DNA from: Camelus ferus
Lineage: Eukaryota
DNA length: 64,000 bases
NCBI RefSeq assembly: GCF_009834535.1
Contig: NC_045697.1
Location: forward strand, 61,754,001 to 61,818,000
Reading direction: 5' to 3'
Below are positions 1 through 13,613 of this stretch, piece by piece (position 1 is the stretch's first letter; the number at the start of each line of letters is the position of its first letter). Made by a program: the position numbers and the translations under genes. A model generated the notes under the pieces. The model had not been told where the DNA came from. It saw only the letters and a program-made list of their open reading frames with translations, and did no database searches.

Positions 1-199
1 CTAAACAAACATTGGCATATTATGAATTAGAATGCAATACCCACATGATTTCTTTTCAAATGATTAATCAAATTATTTCAAAGAAATATGGGGCTTGAGC
101 CTAGAGCTCTGGGCTCCACTTTGAGAGGGTATGAGAGTGTAAGTTCATTTTCCTCAGTCTTAAGTAGTTCTTTCGTGAAAGCCTTTGAAAAGATTTGGA

Positions 200-560
200 T
201 TGATGTCCACCTATGAATACTATACAGCAGTTAAAAATGAGGCACTAGAATACACATAACAATTTGGCTGGATCTTAAAAACATTCTACAAGTGAAAAAG
301 GTATGAAGACAAATGAGATCTAGTACATAGTATACCATTTACATAAATTAAAATACTTGCAAATAAAACAAAAATACATACTCTACAAGAATACAAAGAA
401 AAAGGTAACACATTAAATACATTAGAGTGGCTACTGTTGAAGTACGGGAAATGGGACTAGAAAAAGACTAAACAAGTAAGTAAATAAGAGAGAACTTGCA
501 TATGTAATAAATTATTATAATTAAATCAAACCTCTGAACTTAAGATTCAGAAGACTAATG
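200..560 (+). mobile_element. Ancient L1 (L1ME-like) 3' end fragment
   Basis: 'gaatactatacagcagttaaaaatga...ggatcttaaaaacatt...aagtgaaaaag...tagtataccatttacataaatt' resembles the old L1M 3' UTR; boundaries approximate. Confidence 0.6.
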
Positions 561-691
561 GGTTAAGTCATCACCAACAATAAAGCTTTTCTTTATAAAT
601 GAAGGTATCTTCCAATATCTGACATTAAATCTTTGTTAACAGCCCACTTAAAGAGGTCAAGGAAGGAACTTGGCAATATCAGTTTGCAGGA

Positions 692-739
692 GGAAGACAG
701 TTTTCAGACTTTCTAGGGGGAAGACAGTTTTCAGACTTT
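692..739. repeat. Direct repeat of 21 bp (period 27)
   Basis: GGAAGACAGTTTTCAGACTTT at 692-712 and 719-739, identical. Confidence 0.95.
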
Positions 740-2749
740 GACCTGTTTGCCCCTCGATCCAATCTCTTAACCACTGAGAGTGGCGTAAGGTCAGGACTCA
801 GCACGGTAGAGATAACGACCCAGTGTAGGGAGAGGCTTTACTGAAAAGGGAGAGGAGAGAAGGGAGGTGGGGGAGATACGGGAAGGCACTGAAGAAAACT
901 GCACCTTTCACAACCTAGTCCTTAGCCAGTCTTTAAAGTTTATGATTGTTTTTTAAGTTCAGCTATAATTTATCTGCAGCTCCTTATGAACAACTAAACA
1001 GCATTATTTTTCCTCCTGCCATTTAATTGAGAAAATAGGGTTTGTTGTTGTTGTTGTTGTTTTCATAGGGACCTTTCAAGAACGTTCTTGGGCCCACCAC
1101 TAGAAGTTCCAAGTGCCTGGCCTACAGTTTTGTTGTTTGACTCCTTAAGAAGCCTTGAAAAATAGCTTACTATCTATAGTTTAGTTCATTACAATTCTTT
1201 TTTTTTTTTCTAAAGGAAAATTACACTTACTTGTTAAGATATGGGAAGGATCAAAAAGTTAGTGTCTGTATGGTGCTTTGACAAGAAGCACCATGTAAGT
1301 GTCAAGGAATCACTGCAGAGAGCTCCCGTTGCATTTTCTTATTTTCACTTTTTATGACAAACCTCATCCCTTGGCTTGGAATTTGAGTTTCTTGATGTTG
1401 ATGATAATCACTTCTGCAGATCTACCTAAATGACTATAAGGAGGTCTCTCTTCAGTTTTGGGGGAGACTTAATAGTGTTTTCTATGCTTTTATGTCGCTT
1501 TGGTCACAAGGCAAGGGCATGCAATTCAGCAGAGCACTTAACTGGTAAGGGAGGCACAAGTTACATTATAAAATTCAGTTTGTGGGTTTCTGCTTTGTTT
1601 ATCCATGTTAGTAATCATATAACTTGGTCAGTATAAAGAATATTTTATGGAAATCTCTCCAGCATGTTCATCAAAGAATTTTGGGTTGTATGCATTTTCT
1701 CTTTCATTGTTGTAGTTTTGGTTTTGCTTTTAACTTAGCACCATTTGATATCCAAAATGCCATGTGTGTTTTTGCACTTCTTTTGAAAAAAAAATTATAG
1801 CCTAGAATAAATGGTATGGAACTACTGAAGATTCAAATACTGCTAAAAAATATGTGATTTAGAAAGTCTAACTTTCTAAACTTGGAAGACAATCTCCAGT
1901 AATGAACAAAAAAAGGTAGTAAAATAGTTTTTTCAAATTGCTTAGTTTTTAACACTAAAATCTATAAAAATACATTCACTGATATTTCTATCCTAGAAAG
2001 ATACAATAAACATTTAAAATTCTTTAACTGATTATAATACTTTCATCATAGTGTATCTATGATTTACTTAAGGAAAACAGACTTCTTAAAGAAATGGATT
2101 AAAGGCCGGCATATACTTGAAAAAATAAAGTTCTATTTTTTAATAACATACATGGCCAAAAATAATTCTTTATGGATTGAATTACATAGAATATTAACAT
2201 TCAATTTTTCACAAGGGGAAAAAATGGCAAGTAGATTTTGAATTAACATTTCTGAAGCATGTGTCATTTCTGTCAAATGTGAAGTGAACAGGGCAAATCA
2301 TAATTAAAGTTTCACATTTGGCTAATCTGAGAACATCATTTTGAAACAACAAATCAGTCAATAATCTGTCTATCTCCTGTTTCCCCAAAATTTTGTACTT
2401 CTCAACATCACAAATGCTCCAAGTTGAGCAGAGTGGTAAGCTACTGGACTGACTGACATTTATGCATTAAACATCTACACATATGAAATAATTCTCCCAT
2501 TATTTCTTTAGTGATTCAACCTTTCATGTCAATTTGCTTTCCTTAATTGCTTTTTTGTTTAGCTTCTGAGACTTTTCAAAGCTATTCATAGCATGAAGCA
2601 ACATTTAAAGATGTTTGTCATCTTAAATAGCTCCTTTTTTCACTTGTTTAACACTTAGAAGCTGAAAGAAATTTCAACATATTAACTAAACACTGTGGTT
2701 TTAATAGATTTAATTAAAAGGGATATTGCTTGGGGACTTAACCACTCAG

Positions 2750-3700
2750 TCACCCATTCATCCAAACATCCAACAAAAAATTTTGACCACTTATATGACA
2801 TTATACTAAGACAATAAAACATGATTCCTACCTTTAAGGATTTCCAAATCTAGTAGAAAAAAATATGTTAACAATAATTACAATGAAGTCTGTGAAATAC
2901 TGTAATAGATTTGCAAATAGAAGAGGAAATAGGAATGAAAATTCTACCAGTGTTGGAAGGAATGCTCAAGAGGTTTTTAGATGCAATAACAACCTATGTA
3001 TGTAGTGGCTTTTTTCCCTAGGATATAGACTGTGTTTTTCATCCTATCACTTAAGATTCAACTCTGACTTTAGATAATAAGATTCTAGAAGAGAAGATTA
3101 AAAAGACAGTTGTAGCACTTCAAAAAGAGCCCTCTCATAGAGATTACTGAAACTGATCATTCAATTTTACCTTTTTGATGGTCCAAAATAGTTTTTTCCA
3201 TTAATTTGAAGATAAATAAAACAGCCCCTACTTCAAGAACTTCACAGTTTAGCTGGATAGAGATTCTTGTACAACTAATCATAATTTAATTCTAAATGCA
3301 AATAAATATAAAAGCACAAGGAAGAAAGATGATACTTTTTTCAGGATAAAAAGGCAAATGTATGTATTCTGGTAAATAGATTTCATCATGAGGAAAAACA
3401 TAAGATGAACTTGGAAAAGCAGAAAGGAGGCAGATACAGGATCTTGCATGCCAAGGTAAGAGATTTCCACTTTATTCCATAATCATCTAGAAGTAAAAAT
3501 TTTAATTACTGGAGTGATGTCATGATATGTTTTTAAAAGATAATTTAGGTAGTACATAGAGGATAAATTGAAGAATTAAGAGATCAGTGTACAAAAGCAC
3601 AATAAGGAAGCTCTTGTGATGAGGAACTGAACCAGACTAATGACAGTGAGCATGGAGGAGTAAAGAATTTAAGAAACATTCCTAAAGGGGTTAGGGTGTC
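2750..3700 (-). mobile_element. L2 LINE fragments
   Basis: 'cattcatccaaacatccaacaaaaa' tail plus two blocks 'ccctac(c/t)t(t/c)aagga/aac..t..c..a.t.tag' and 'gatgaggaactgaaccagactaatgacagtgag' typical of antisense L2; approximate. Confidence 0.55.
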
Positions 3701-3904
3701 TGATAGGGTTTAAACAGGTTGATGTGTCTTTTAAAATCAGGGATGGGGTAACTCAGGTAGACTAGAAGTCCTGCAGGAAAGCATTCCCAGTTCCCCATGG
3801 AGCAGGAATCATTCTAGGCAAAGCAGGAATACTGGGAATATGGTCTACAGAAATGGCCAGTACGTCATGGTTTTGAAAAAACATAGGAAAAACGATGAAA
3901 GTTA

Positions 3905-4355
3905 ACAACCACTTTCCCAAATGCTTAGGATACTATGCTAACTGCCTCATATACATATCTCATAAAATCCTTATAACAACAATGAAGAAGAAATAATTCC
4001 CCCTCATTTTACAGAGAAGGAAATCTATGCACAGACAAATTAAATGACCTGCTAAAATGCCATGGCTAGCACACAGCAGAGCTGAATTTGAAGACCTAGA
4101 TTTGCCTGACTGTAAAGCAGGGGTTGGCCCATGGACCAAATCTGGTCTACCACCTGTTTTTGTAAACAAATTTTTATAGGAGAACAGCCATGCTCATTCA
4201 TTTACATACAGTCTATCTATGCTTTCATACTACTTAAGCAGAGTTGAATAGTTGCAAGAAAAACCATATGGCCACAAAGCCTAAAATATTTACCATCTGG
4301 CCCTTTACATAAAAAGTTTGCCCACCTCTGCTCTAAAATCCTCACTCATAACCAT
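3905..4355 (-). mobile_element. MIR SINE interrupted by MER58A
   Basis: MIR core 'cccctcattttacagagaaggaaatctatgcacagacaaattaaatgacctgctaaaatgccatggctag'; resumes after 4330 ('ctcactcataaccatta'). Confidence 0.8.
4118..4330. mobile_element. MER58A hAT-Charlie MITE
   Basis: Termini CAGGGGTTGGC...GCCCACCTCTG; degenerate 8-bp TSD ctgtaaag/ctctaaaa; internal 'aaagcctaaaatatttaccatctggccctttac'. Confidence 0.9.
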
Positions 4356-5221
4356 TAAACAAACATATATGTATTGAGTATCTGCTATGTTCCAGGCAAT
4401 GAGCCGGACATTATTCCTTACAGCCATCCAGAAAAGTTATAGAAGTAACAACAATAGGAATGCTCTTGAATCTAAAACCATTGACATGTAATAAACTGCC
4501 CATCTTGACACTCCTCATCTTCAATGGCACTGCAGGCAAATCAGGCCATAAATAAAAGAGAGAGCCATGGTTTCACTATTGCTGTTTCTGTACTTGATCC
4601 AAGATATGTGGTAAGCCCTTGAGATTTGTAAGAAATGCCACCCAAATCCTTCATAGACCCTCAAACTGTCAAATATAGCTATGGCAAAAATTAGACTGCA
4701 TCAAGTATAATTGAACATTTTAAATAACATCCACAGATCAATCCTCATTCTATAAATACAAGGTTACCAATGCATTCTGTAAGTAAAATAAATTAACAAA
4801 TTGTATCCTTTTTAATAGGATATTAAAATGGGACTTCAATTTCAGTAGAAGTACCAGTATTTAGCAAAGCAAGTATGAGTAGACTATACTAAGGGGAATT
4901 TACAAGGAAATGCTCAGAGCCTGTTTCCTGACTCTTGTGCCCTTTTAACATGAGCACTTAATGCACTCTAGGAAAAAGGAGCAAGAGAGGGAAGTGGAGG
5001 AGAGGGGCTTTTGAGGTGGAAAATTCTTTGGAGATGGCTGTGTTTTGAGCCCCAACCTCTTGTCTCATCACAAGGAGTTGCCACTAGGAAGGATCTAAAG
5101 GGAGGATCTAAAAATGACTTGAGGGAGAGTCAAATCTGAGCAGTGATCAACCTCAGAGACCACAAAAATAATCTCTTAAGTCACAAGTACTAGTTCAGTA
5201 CAAGTAAGAAAATTCTTGCCC

Positions 5222-5512
5222 TCAGTTCAGTTGCTGTGCAACTAGTTACCCTAAATTTAGTGACATAACACAACAGTAACTTTATTAAGCTCACAGATTC
5301 TGTCAGACAGGGCACAGTAGGGATAGCTTATTTCTGCTCCATGTTATCTGGACCCTCAGCTGGGAAGATTCAAATAACAAGGTGTTTCAAACATCACGTC
5401 TCTTGACCAAGATAGTCACAAACCTACCAGGATCCTAAGGCATTGCGTACTTACCCTACCCCTGAATAAGAAGAGTAGTAAAGAATTAGTAGTCACATTT
5501 AGAAACCACTAC
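5222..5512 (-). mobile_element. MaLR MLT1-family solo LTR
   Basis: 'ttgctgtgcaactagttaccctaaatttagtgacataaacaacag...gctcacagattctg...acaggg cacagtagggatagctt' is typical of antisense MLT1. Confidence 0.7.
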
Positions 5513-5999
5513 AACCCTCCTTTCCTCTCCTCTCTCTCCATGCACCCCTCCCAGAGGGGCGTGAAACTTTATTTACTCAGCTGGCATAGAAGTGGGAAAA
5601 GAGAGACAAGGGCTGCCTTCCTCTCCTATTGTAGATGACTTGCTCACAGACATGCAGATGGTCTGACTAGAGGACTGCAAAAGCTTGACTTAAAACAAGT
5701 TCAAAGTTTTGATGATTAGCAAAGGCAGGGCATTCTAATTTCTGAAGTAAGTGTAACTTAAAACTGCCTATTATCCTACGTATACAAGAAAAGCTAGGGA
5801 ACATCACCAAGCTTTCATATAGAAATAAAATTTATGGGGCAATGAGAGAACAACGAAGTCATGCTTTGATCATACTGTACAGTTAGGTTTTTCATCAAAT
5901 TGGTTACATACAGCATTACTATGGTAATATTAACCATAAACTTACACAAAATTACAAAACTGGACTGGTGGTGATATATTAAAATAGTTGCTGTTTACT

Positions 6000-6600
6000 G
6001 CATGAAGTCTGTAAACGGAGACCACACTGAAATACATCTATCTTTGTAGCAGGATGAAATAAGGAGATCAAAGTTCAGCAAGACCCTCTGACCTTATGGG
6101 GAGTCACTGGCGTCAATACTGGTAAAGAAGTGATGAAGCAAATGATACAGACGTTAAAAGAAACTTCTGAAGCAGAGTGTGAAGGACCAGCCAAAGGAGC
6201 ACGAGCAGATGAAAAGAACATGATGACTGACAACTTTATTTCCCTGTATATGTCTCTGTGACCCAGTGGAGGTTCTGAATGGAGGAGTGACATAAAATGA
6301 TTTATGTTTTAGAATTTTTATCGTGATTGCTGTGTGGAGGGGTAGGGGTGTGTGTGTGTGTGTGTGTGTTGGGGCTGTGGTGGACAAGATGTAGAGGTAA
6401 GCAAAAGTCAAAAAAGTTAAGAAGCTTTGAGAATGGTTCAGGAAAAATATAATGTTAGTTGGGACTAGGGTAGTAGCAATGGGCATAGTGAGAAGAGATA
6501 ACAAGGAAAATGTTGTGAAATGGGCAGAATGTGGATATATGTTGGAGAGAAAGCTAAAGGACATGCTGATTGAGGAGATGAATTACAGTGTGATGTTTGT
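6000..6600 (-). mobile_element. L2 LINE fragment
   Basis: Purine-rich L2 antisense motifs ('ggactagggtagtagcaatgggcatagtgagaag', 'ggatatatgttggagagaaagctaaaggacatgctgattg'). Confidence 0.65.
6348..6369. repeat. (GT)11 microsatellite
   Basis: Direct read. Confidence 0.95.
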
Positions 6601-9164
6601 GGCACTCCTAAAGAAAAAATTCGATGGGGGATGAACAACAGGTATTACTTTCCAACGGGTGAGATGAGTCTAACTAAGCATTAGCACATGTGAAAATTTT
6701 TATAGGGTAGTTTAGTTAATAATATTTATAGCAATTAATACTTTAATAGTAATTTTGTAGGTTAAAGCACTATTCCATAAATCCTTTCACTTGGTCTCCG
6801 AAATAATTCTGACTATGCTCATTAAAGTGAAGCCAAATAAATAAATTTTAGTCTTTGATAGAGAACACAGAGGCAGAGAAGGAACTAGACAGTTTTGCTT
6901 TCTCTCTGCCCTCTTGACATTATATTATCTTCCCTGAGTTTGAATCTATCTCTTTCTTATTTTTCAGCTTGCTCCAAACATAGCTTTCAGGACATCTGTA
7001 GTCATTAGCATTTCTCACAAAGTCTTTCTGGACTTCAGCTTTGACCTTGTTCTTCAGATATGTGCCACTCTTTTGTGTTTGTCCTTGGCATGTGCCTCTT
7101 TTATACATGATCTTTTTATGTCTGAGCTCAAAGAGCTCTCTATACAGACACATTGATCTCTTTCAATGTTTCCTCAACTTCCTTCTTGAGATCATCTATG
7201 ATTGTACAGTAAAAGAAAAATCTTATTTTAGAACTCTTCATATCTATTTATTATATTTTCCCCTACACCTTCCAATATTTTCTCCAAGTTTTTGGAAATT
7301 TCTTTCTTAAAGTTGTATTTTTTAGACTTGTTAATTCATCATTGAATTAGGTAAAATATTGTTAACCCTTTTCAGAATTATATTTCTAACAGGGAATTGT
7401 TTTTGCTATAAAGGCCTATAATTGGATTTTAGTGATAACTGGTCAACCACTGTCAGAGTTCAATTTTCCTGCTAGTATTGACACAAGAATAAAAATATAC
7501 ATACACACAGAGTTAAAAGCAAAGACTTCAAAGAAATAGAACTCATTTTTCCAAAACACAACTAATCAAGATAACATTTAAATGTCTGTAATATTTCTTC
7601 TCCCAAGTTTTCTTTCAATATAACAAGGTTCTTTTTTTTTTAATATAAACCGTATTGAAATGAGTGTTCTACCACAAGCAGAGTATTAACAAGAGTGTCT
7701 GCCCTTAGATTTCAATCTCATTTCAACTAAAGTCAACTAAAGTCAATATTTAATTTTTAAAGTTTTCTCGTTATCATTTACCCCAAAACTCCAGGAAATC
7801 CTGTGACCAGTGTTAATGATGATGTGCTCCAAATTGCATTATACATCTTCATTTCCTTTACCTTCAACTCAAATAAACTACTTAAAACATCTTCATTCCT
7901 AGGTGATGTGTTGACAGTTTTACCTCTTACATTTTGGGGTTTTTTCTCTTTCTCTTTTTAGATTTTAATTCTTTCCTATGCTCTGGAAGAATTACATGTG
8001 TTAATACTCATCTTTTACCCACTGATAAAAAATTTTCTAATTGACCCTTTGAGTTCAAAAACTTAAGATGTCAAACCAATAAACCAACTGAGATGCAGTA
8101 ATTTTTTATTTTCCTTTTTATTTTCTTGAAAGTACAGAAAAGATAGTTGTCAGTTTCTATACTTTCCTCAAACAGAGCTCCAAAAGAAAGCAATGTCACC
8201 TAAAACATGTCTAATTTTCAACAGCACAATTTAATATGCTCTATGTAGACATACATGTGTATATATACATATATCTAGTTTATTGAAGATTTGAGTTTCC
8301 AATATCTAGTAGTAAATCATTTTTGACAGGTTTTTCTTCCACTTATTTTAAGATACAGTAAAAATAATTTGACAAATAAACTAAATGATTATTTTAAAAA
8401 TACCTTCTACTTTCACAGTTGCCTTGAAAATGGGCAGGTTATATAGATAGGTAAAATTTAATAACCAATAACTCAGGATTTCTGTTCTGTTTCTGAACTA
8501 CAATTGCCATAAAAATATACTTTTCCACTTATGGTTACTGTGAGTAATCGATTATAAATGACAAAGAGGAAAATGGACATACTCCCTGGCCAAACATTTT
8601 CATCACTGACAACAATAGAAATGTTGCTCCCAATAAGCCCTTGGGTATTGCTAGTACTCCACACCCAAAAGTAACTGCTCATAGATGGGGCTCGCCGGGC
8701 AGAAAATCCTCTAGGACTTCTTTTTTTCTTTTTTCTTAAATGATGATTACATAAAAATAGTTCAAATATTCCTCAGTAAATCGTTTGTAAAAGACCAGGT
8801 ATCTTTCCTGTTCGGAAAAACTACCTGACAGGTAACAAGCTGCTGATCGAAGGAAAAAGATAAAGAAAGTAGCCTCCTGTAGAAGTTTATGGTGTAAACT
8901 CTTTGGGGCTAGTAACTGTCCTAAAAAGGTGGCACCTTAGACTTATTTGTGATAGCATTCTATAGGCAATAGGCAGCCACTTGATAATCTAATTTCCATA
9001 CACAGTTTTTAAACTGAACCCACTCATTATCTCTTACACAGGAGAGAGCTGCAGTTGGGGGAGAATTATACTCTCAAAATTTGCAAGGTGAGCTTCCAGC
9101 AAGTTCTCTACCTGGAGCCTTCCTCTGCTAACTTGACCATAACACCTTGGTGACCTGCACTACC

Positions 9165-9590
9165 TTTTTTTTAAATTGAAGTACAGTTCACTTACAATAT
9201 TATATTAGTTTGGGGTATACAACAGAGATTCGGTATTTTTATAGATTATATGCCATATACGGTTATTGTAAAATATTAGCTAAATTCCCTGTACTGTACC
9301 TCATATCTTTGTAACTCATTTATTTTATAACTCATAGTTTGTACTTCTTAGTCCCCTTCACTTATCTTGCCCCTTTCCCACCTCTTTCCCCAGGAACCAC
9401 TAGTTCGTTCTCAGTGTCTATGAGTCTTTCTGTTTTTGTTATATTTGTTCATTTGTTTTATTTTTTTTAGATTCCACATATAAATGAAAACATACAGAAG
9501 TTACCTTCATCCATCTGACTTATTTCACTAATACCCTCTAGGACTACCCATGTTGTCACAAATGGAAATTTTTTATCCATTTTTATGTTC
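9165..9590 (-). mobile_element. 5'-truncated L1 3' end (artiodactyl/laurasiatherian type)
   Basis: Poly(T) then 'aaattgaagtacagttcacttacaatattatattagttt...ttttagattccacatataaatgaaaacatacag...tctgacttatttcact'. Confidence 0.9.
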
Positions 9591-9734
9591 CACTGTAAAT
9601 ATCTTTTAAAGACTCAAATAGTGAGAACAAGAACAATGAGGGCCATGTTATTTCTCGTCTAAATTATAATAAGATGTAGGTTTAAGATGCAAGATGAAGG
9701 CTTGGAGTAGAAATGTTGCCTGTGCCTGACTGTA

Positions 9735-10222
9735 TTTCTTCCACAAAATCTTTTTGTTCAGGACCTCTTTATACTCTTATGAACTATTGAGAACCCCAAA
9801 GAAATTTTGCTTACTTTGGGTTATATCTGTGGATATTTACTGTGTTCAAAATTAAAACAGATTATTTTAAAATATTTATTAACTTATTAAAATTATAATA
9901 AATCCATTGCATATCAACAAAAATTACATATTTTATGAAAAATAACTATTTTCTGAAAAAAACTAGTCAGTAGAGTGTGTTGATTTATTTTGCAAATCTA
10001 TTCAATGTCTGGCTTAATAAAATACAGTTATATCTTTACACTTGCTTCTTCATTCCATCAGTTATAATATCCAACTCTACCATATACTCATGAGAGAATG
10101 AGAGTGAAAAAAGGTATTTAAGATATAAGCAGGATTATAAAGACAAGTTTCACCTCACAAACCCCCTACATGGATCTCTAGGATTCTCAAGTGTCACTGC
10201 AACACACTCTAAGAACCACTAC
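9735..10222. mobile_element. Charlie4a-like hAT transposon remnant
   Basis: 'aactattgagaaccccaaagaaattttg...tcatgagagaatgagagtgaaaaaagg...acactctaagaaccact' follows the recalled Charlie4a consensus in reverse. Confidence 0.8.
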
Positions 10223-11642
10223 TCTACACCATGTTCAGAACCATGGAAAAAAGATTGAGAATTCAAATTGCCTGTGGAAGAACAAGGAAGCCAGAGAAAA
10301 AGTATCTCTTTAGTTGAAGGGTACATGGGAGAAATTTTTAAACACCTATAGAAACAAAAGTTGACAGATAACATAATTATTTTAAGTAGATAATAGTGTG
10401 GAGCACAAAGGACCTTAAATTGAACTTCACTTAACAGTGGAAACTTGCTTCAAATTAACAAACACAAGGTTCCACAAGTTTATTGGGAAACCAATGATTC
10501 AAGTTGTAAAACACAAGAACATCTAAGTTACAGGGGCCCATAGAGGTTATCTTTTATCATTTTTAATTCTTTCATTTTAATTATAATAATTTGGGACCCA
10601 TCAGACTAGAGGCTTTAATAAGACAACTGAATTCAATTTTCCCGGATCCCAATTAACCATTCTTTACTCTTCACTATGCTACAGAACTGAAAAATAACAT
10701 TTCAAATAAGCCCAGCACTGGGTAATCTAATTGTTATTAACATTTGGAAGAGGATATTAGTGATTTCTTTGAATATTTAATGAAATCTAAGAATCCATTC
10801 CCCAGAAAAATATACAAAGGCACATACACATAGGTCCCTGAAGTCCAAGCATGAATTACCTAGGGCTCAGTGTATCCCGTTAAGAACCTCCAGGCCAGTT
10901 TAAAAACACACACACAATTCTGGGATCCATACATCTGAGAAGTGAAAAACTGGAGGGCAGAATATAATAAAAGTTACAGGAGTTAACGTTATTTACATTA
11001 TTTATTTAACAGACCACATTTTATTAATTTGATACAGACTAACATAGTATCAAGTAAGAATAAACCTCTTCCAGAATAGGGTTCATTCATTCATTCACAA
11101 ATATTTTAAATGCCTACTGAAAGCCAGGCATTTTGCTAGGTCCTGAGGATAAAAGGTGAGTATAACTGACATATTCTGTACAATAATGGAGACTAGTGAG
11201 AGAGATAGACATTAAATAACCACACAACATACATCAAGAATAAAAATATTAAGCCTTCCCCACATGAACTCTCAGCTTCTCCCAAGTTACAATCTAAGAA
11301 CCTCCTCAAACACCATCCACCCCCAATGTCAGAAGATGGTTAAAGCATCATTTTAATCACTATTTGGTCAGTGACACAAAAAGAGTGAACATCTTTTTTC
11401 TTTCAAATAGAATAATTTATTTTGTCATATAGGTCCTTCTTTGAAATGCTTCCATCAAGACAGGCCTATGGCTGCCTCCTCCTTCATGATAAAAACCGTT
11501 TCCAGAAGAAGTTTTGGGGTGGACAACTCAAGTCTCATGTAGAAGAAGCTAATTTCCCTGATTCTTAGATTGGTGTCTCCCTGCCTCATCTTGTTAGTAG
11601 TGGTGAGGTCTTAAAGACCGAGATCAGGATGTGAATCTATAA

Positions 11643-11845
11643 TAATGCTGCCCAAGAGAACATTCTATGATGACGAAAGTGCCAAGTACAGTAGCTACTA
11701 GACGTATGTGTCTATTAAGCATTTTAAATGTGACCAGTATGGCTGAGAAATTGAATTTAAATTTTTTAATTTAACATTTTTATTTTATTAATTAAAACAT
11801 TAAATAGCCACATCTGGGTAGTGGCTATCATACTCCACAGCACAG
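11643..11845. mobile_element. MER3-like hAT MITE
   Basis: 'gctgcccaagagaacattctatgatgacgaaa...cagtagctactagac...taaatagccacatctgggtagtggctatcatact..acagcacag'. Confidence 0.8.
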
Positions 11846-11954
11846 AGAAAGAAGAACATAAAGGCCTGCCTTCAGTCTGTTTTAGGCTATAGACATAAAA
11901 GGAGTCCTCTTGGATCACAATGTTAACTTTCCAGTTCACCAAATCTATATTCAC

Positions 11955-12430
11955 TTTCACAATGGAACATTCACTAAGACAGATTATAAAACAATCCACA
12001 ACGAATTTTAAAAATTGAAATAATACAAAATATATTATCTGACCATTTCAGAATTAAACTTGTAATCAGCAATAGAAAAATATTTGGAAAATATCTAAAT
12101 ATTTATAAATTAAATAATATACTACTAAATAACTCATGGGTCACAGAAGAATTTGAAAATACTTTTAATTGAATAAAAATGAAAACACAGTATATTCAAG
12201 TTTGTAAGATACAGCTAAAGGTGGCTTAGAGGGAAATGTATAGCATTAGATGCTTATACTAGAAAATAAGATTTTTTGATCAATAAGCTAAGCTTCTACT
12301 TTAAGAAGATAGGGGGGCAAAAAAGAGGAAACTAATCCCAAAGCATAGAAGAGAAAGGAAATAATAAAGAACAAAAGTCACTTCACTTGCAAACAAAAAA
12401 AGAGAGAAAATAAACAACACCAAAAATCTA
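11955..12430 (+). mobile_element. Degraded L1 ORF2 fragment (end of endonuclease domain and linker)
   Basis: Disrupted frames spell SDH.RIKL..., LNN.LLNNSWVTEE, KNENT...L.DTAKGGLRGKCIALDAY, matching L1 ORF2p SDHNGIKLEI...[29 protein letters not shown]; contains stops and frameshifts. Confidence 0.85.
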
Positions 12431-12892
12431 TTACACCTCCACACCCCTCCCCCTAAACACAATTCCTTGTGAAAAGTGTGTATCATCTTTAAGCATGTCT
12501 CAGATATAACTTTCTCTATGCCATCCAAAGGAGACTATGGCCCTTCCCTAAAAGTAGTTTTAAAGTGGTAATGTTCTTCTCTCCAAGATGATATGGGTAA
12601 AGACTGGCTTCATCCCCCACAGGTAAATAAAGGGATTATGCCCCTCTGAAAATTCACTTCCTGACATTGAATCAATGGCTCATAGTTTATTCTCTCCTTT
12701 GACTTAATAGATGTCAAAGAAATACATTTAATCACTTTCTCAGAAACTATTCTGAGTTATCAAGTGAAGAATTGATAGACTGTGATCAAATCCCTAGTGT
12801 AAGAAGCACACCTTAGTGTTAAATTTGAAATTCAACAATGATAAACTATGATGTCCCTGTGTTTGGTCATTTCAAAAGGTGTATATTACAGC

Positions 12893-13272
12893 TATTAAAA
12901 ATGATTAAAGAAGACAATTTAGGTGACACACATAAACTTAGCACTTCACAAAGTGGAACGTCTTCTTTCAGGGAACTGCAAAATTGGGCGGAAGGCAGTA
13001 AGTTTTTATAGGATAAAGAATAAAAAACAAGAAAGAGAAAAATAGAAAATATCTGACTGACTGGAATCACATAGTCAACCTTGTTTGGGGTGAAAAGGAA
13101 CAAGAAAGTAATTTAGAGACCCACAGTTGGCCTGGAATTTGTGATTGGACAACTGGATATACTGCATTTCTGGTCAAGCAAAGCGTTTACAGGGATATGA
13201 AAGTTTTGGTTTGCTTACATGGCACCCTGGGAAAGAGTGACTTCATCTTAGGCCTAGGAAGTTATTTCAACA
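12893..13272 (-). mobile_element. 3' LTR of the provirus
   Basis: On minus begins TGTTGAAATAAC and ends ...TTTAATA (decayed ..AACA); preceded on minus by the purine tract AAAAGTGGGAAGC (13273-13285). Confidence 0.85.
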
Positions 13273-13442
13273 GCTTCCCACTTTTGATCATCCTCTTGAC
13301 CAGTCAAAAGATTTGATCAAACATATTGGTCTTAGTATGTCTTTCAGATACCATTGCTTCTCTGAATCTCAGTGCAGTATTCAAAACAGATGATGTTAGC
13401 CTCCAGTTTTAGTTATGTTCTATTCTCCTTTGTTGGACAGGA

Positions 13443-13613
13443 TCATTTCCTGACTTATTTGATTCTAGCTGGTTTAAGTCTTGGGGACCTTTGCTCAGGA
13501 GAGCTCTCCAAACCATGGGCATTGTTTCATTGCTAATAATGATTACTGTCTCCTTAATATGCTGCATTCTCTCAGAAGTTATAAATGCATGTAGGAAGAC
13601 ACTGACAAGCTGA
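13443..13613 (+). pseudogene. env: Retroviral env TM-subunit remnant (membrane-proximal region plus transmembrane helix)
   Basis: Plus frame translates SFPDLFDSSWFKSWGPLLRRALQTMGIVSLLIMITVSLICCILSEVINACRKTLTS*: aromatic DLF..W..W motif, hydrophobic span, then C-I-L tail as in Env TM; located just inside the 3' LTR. Confidence 0.75.

Noticed and set aside
692..739. CRISPR-like repeat-spacer structure
   Set aside because: Only two units with a 6-nt spacer, in mammalian DNA with no cas genes.
750..900. CpG island / promoter
   Set aside because: Only a handful of CpGs over about 150 bp; no CpG island is visible anywhere in the window.
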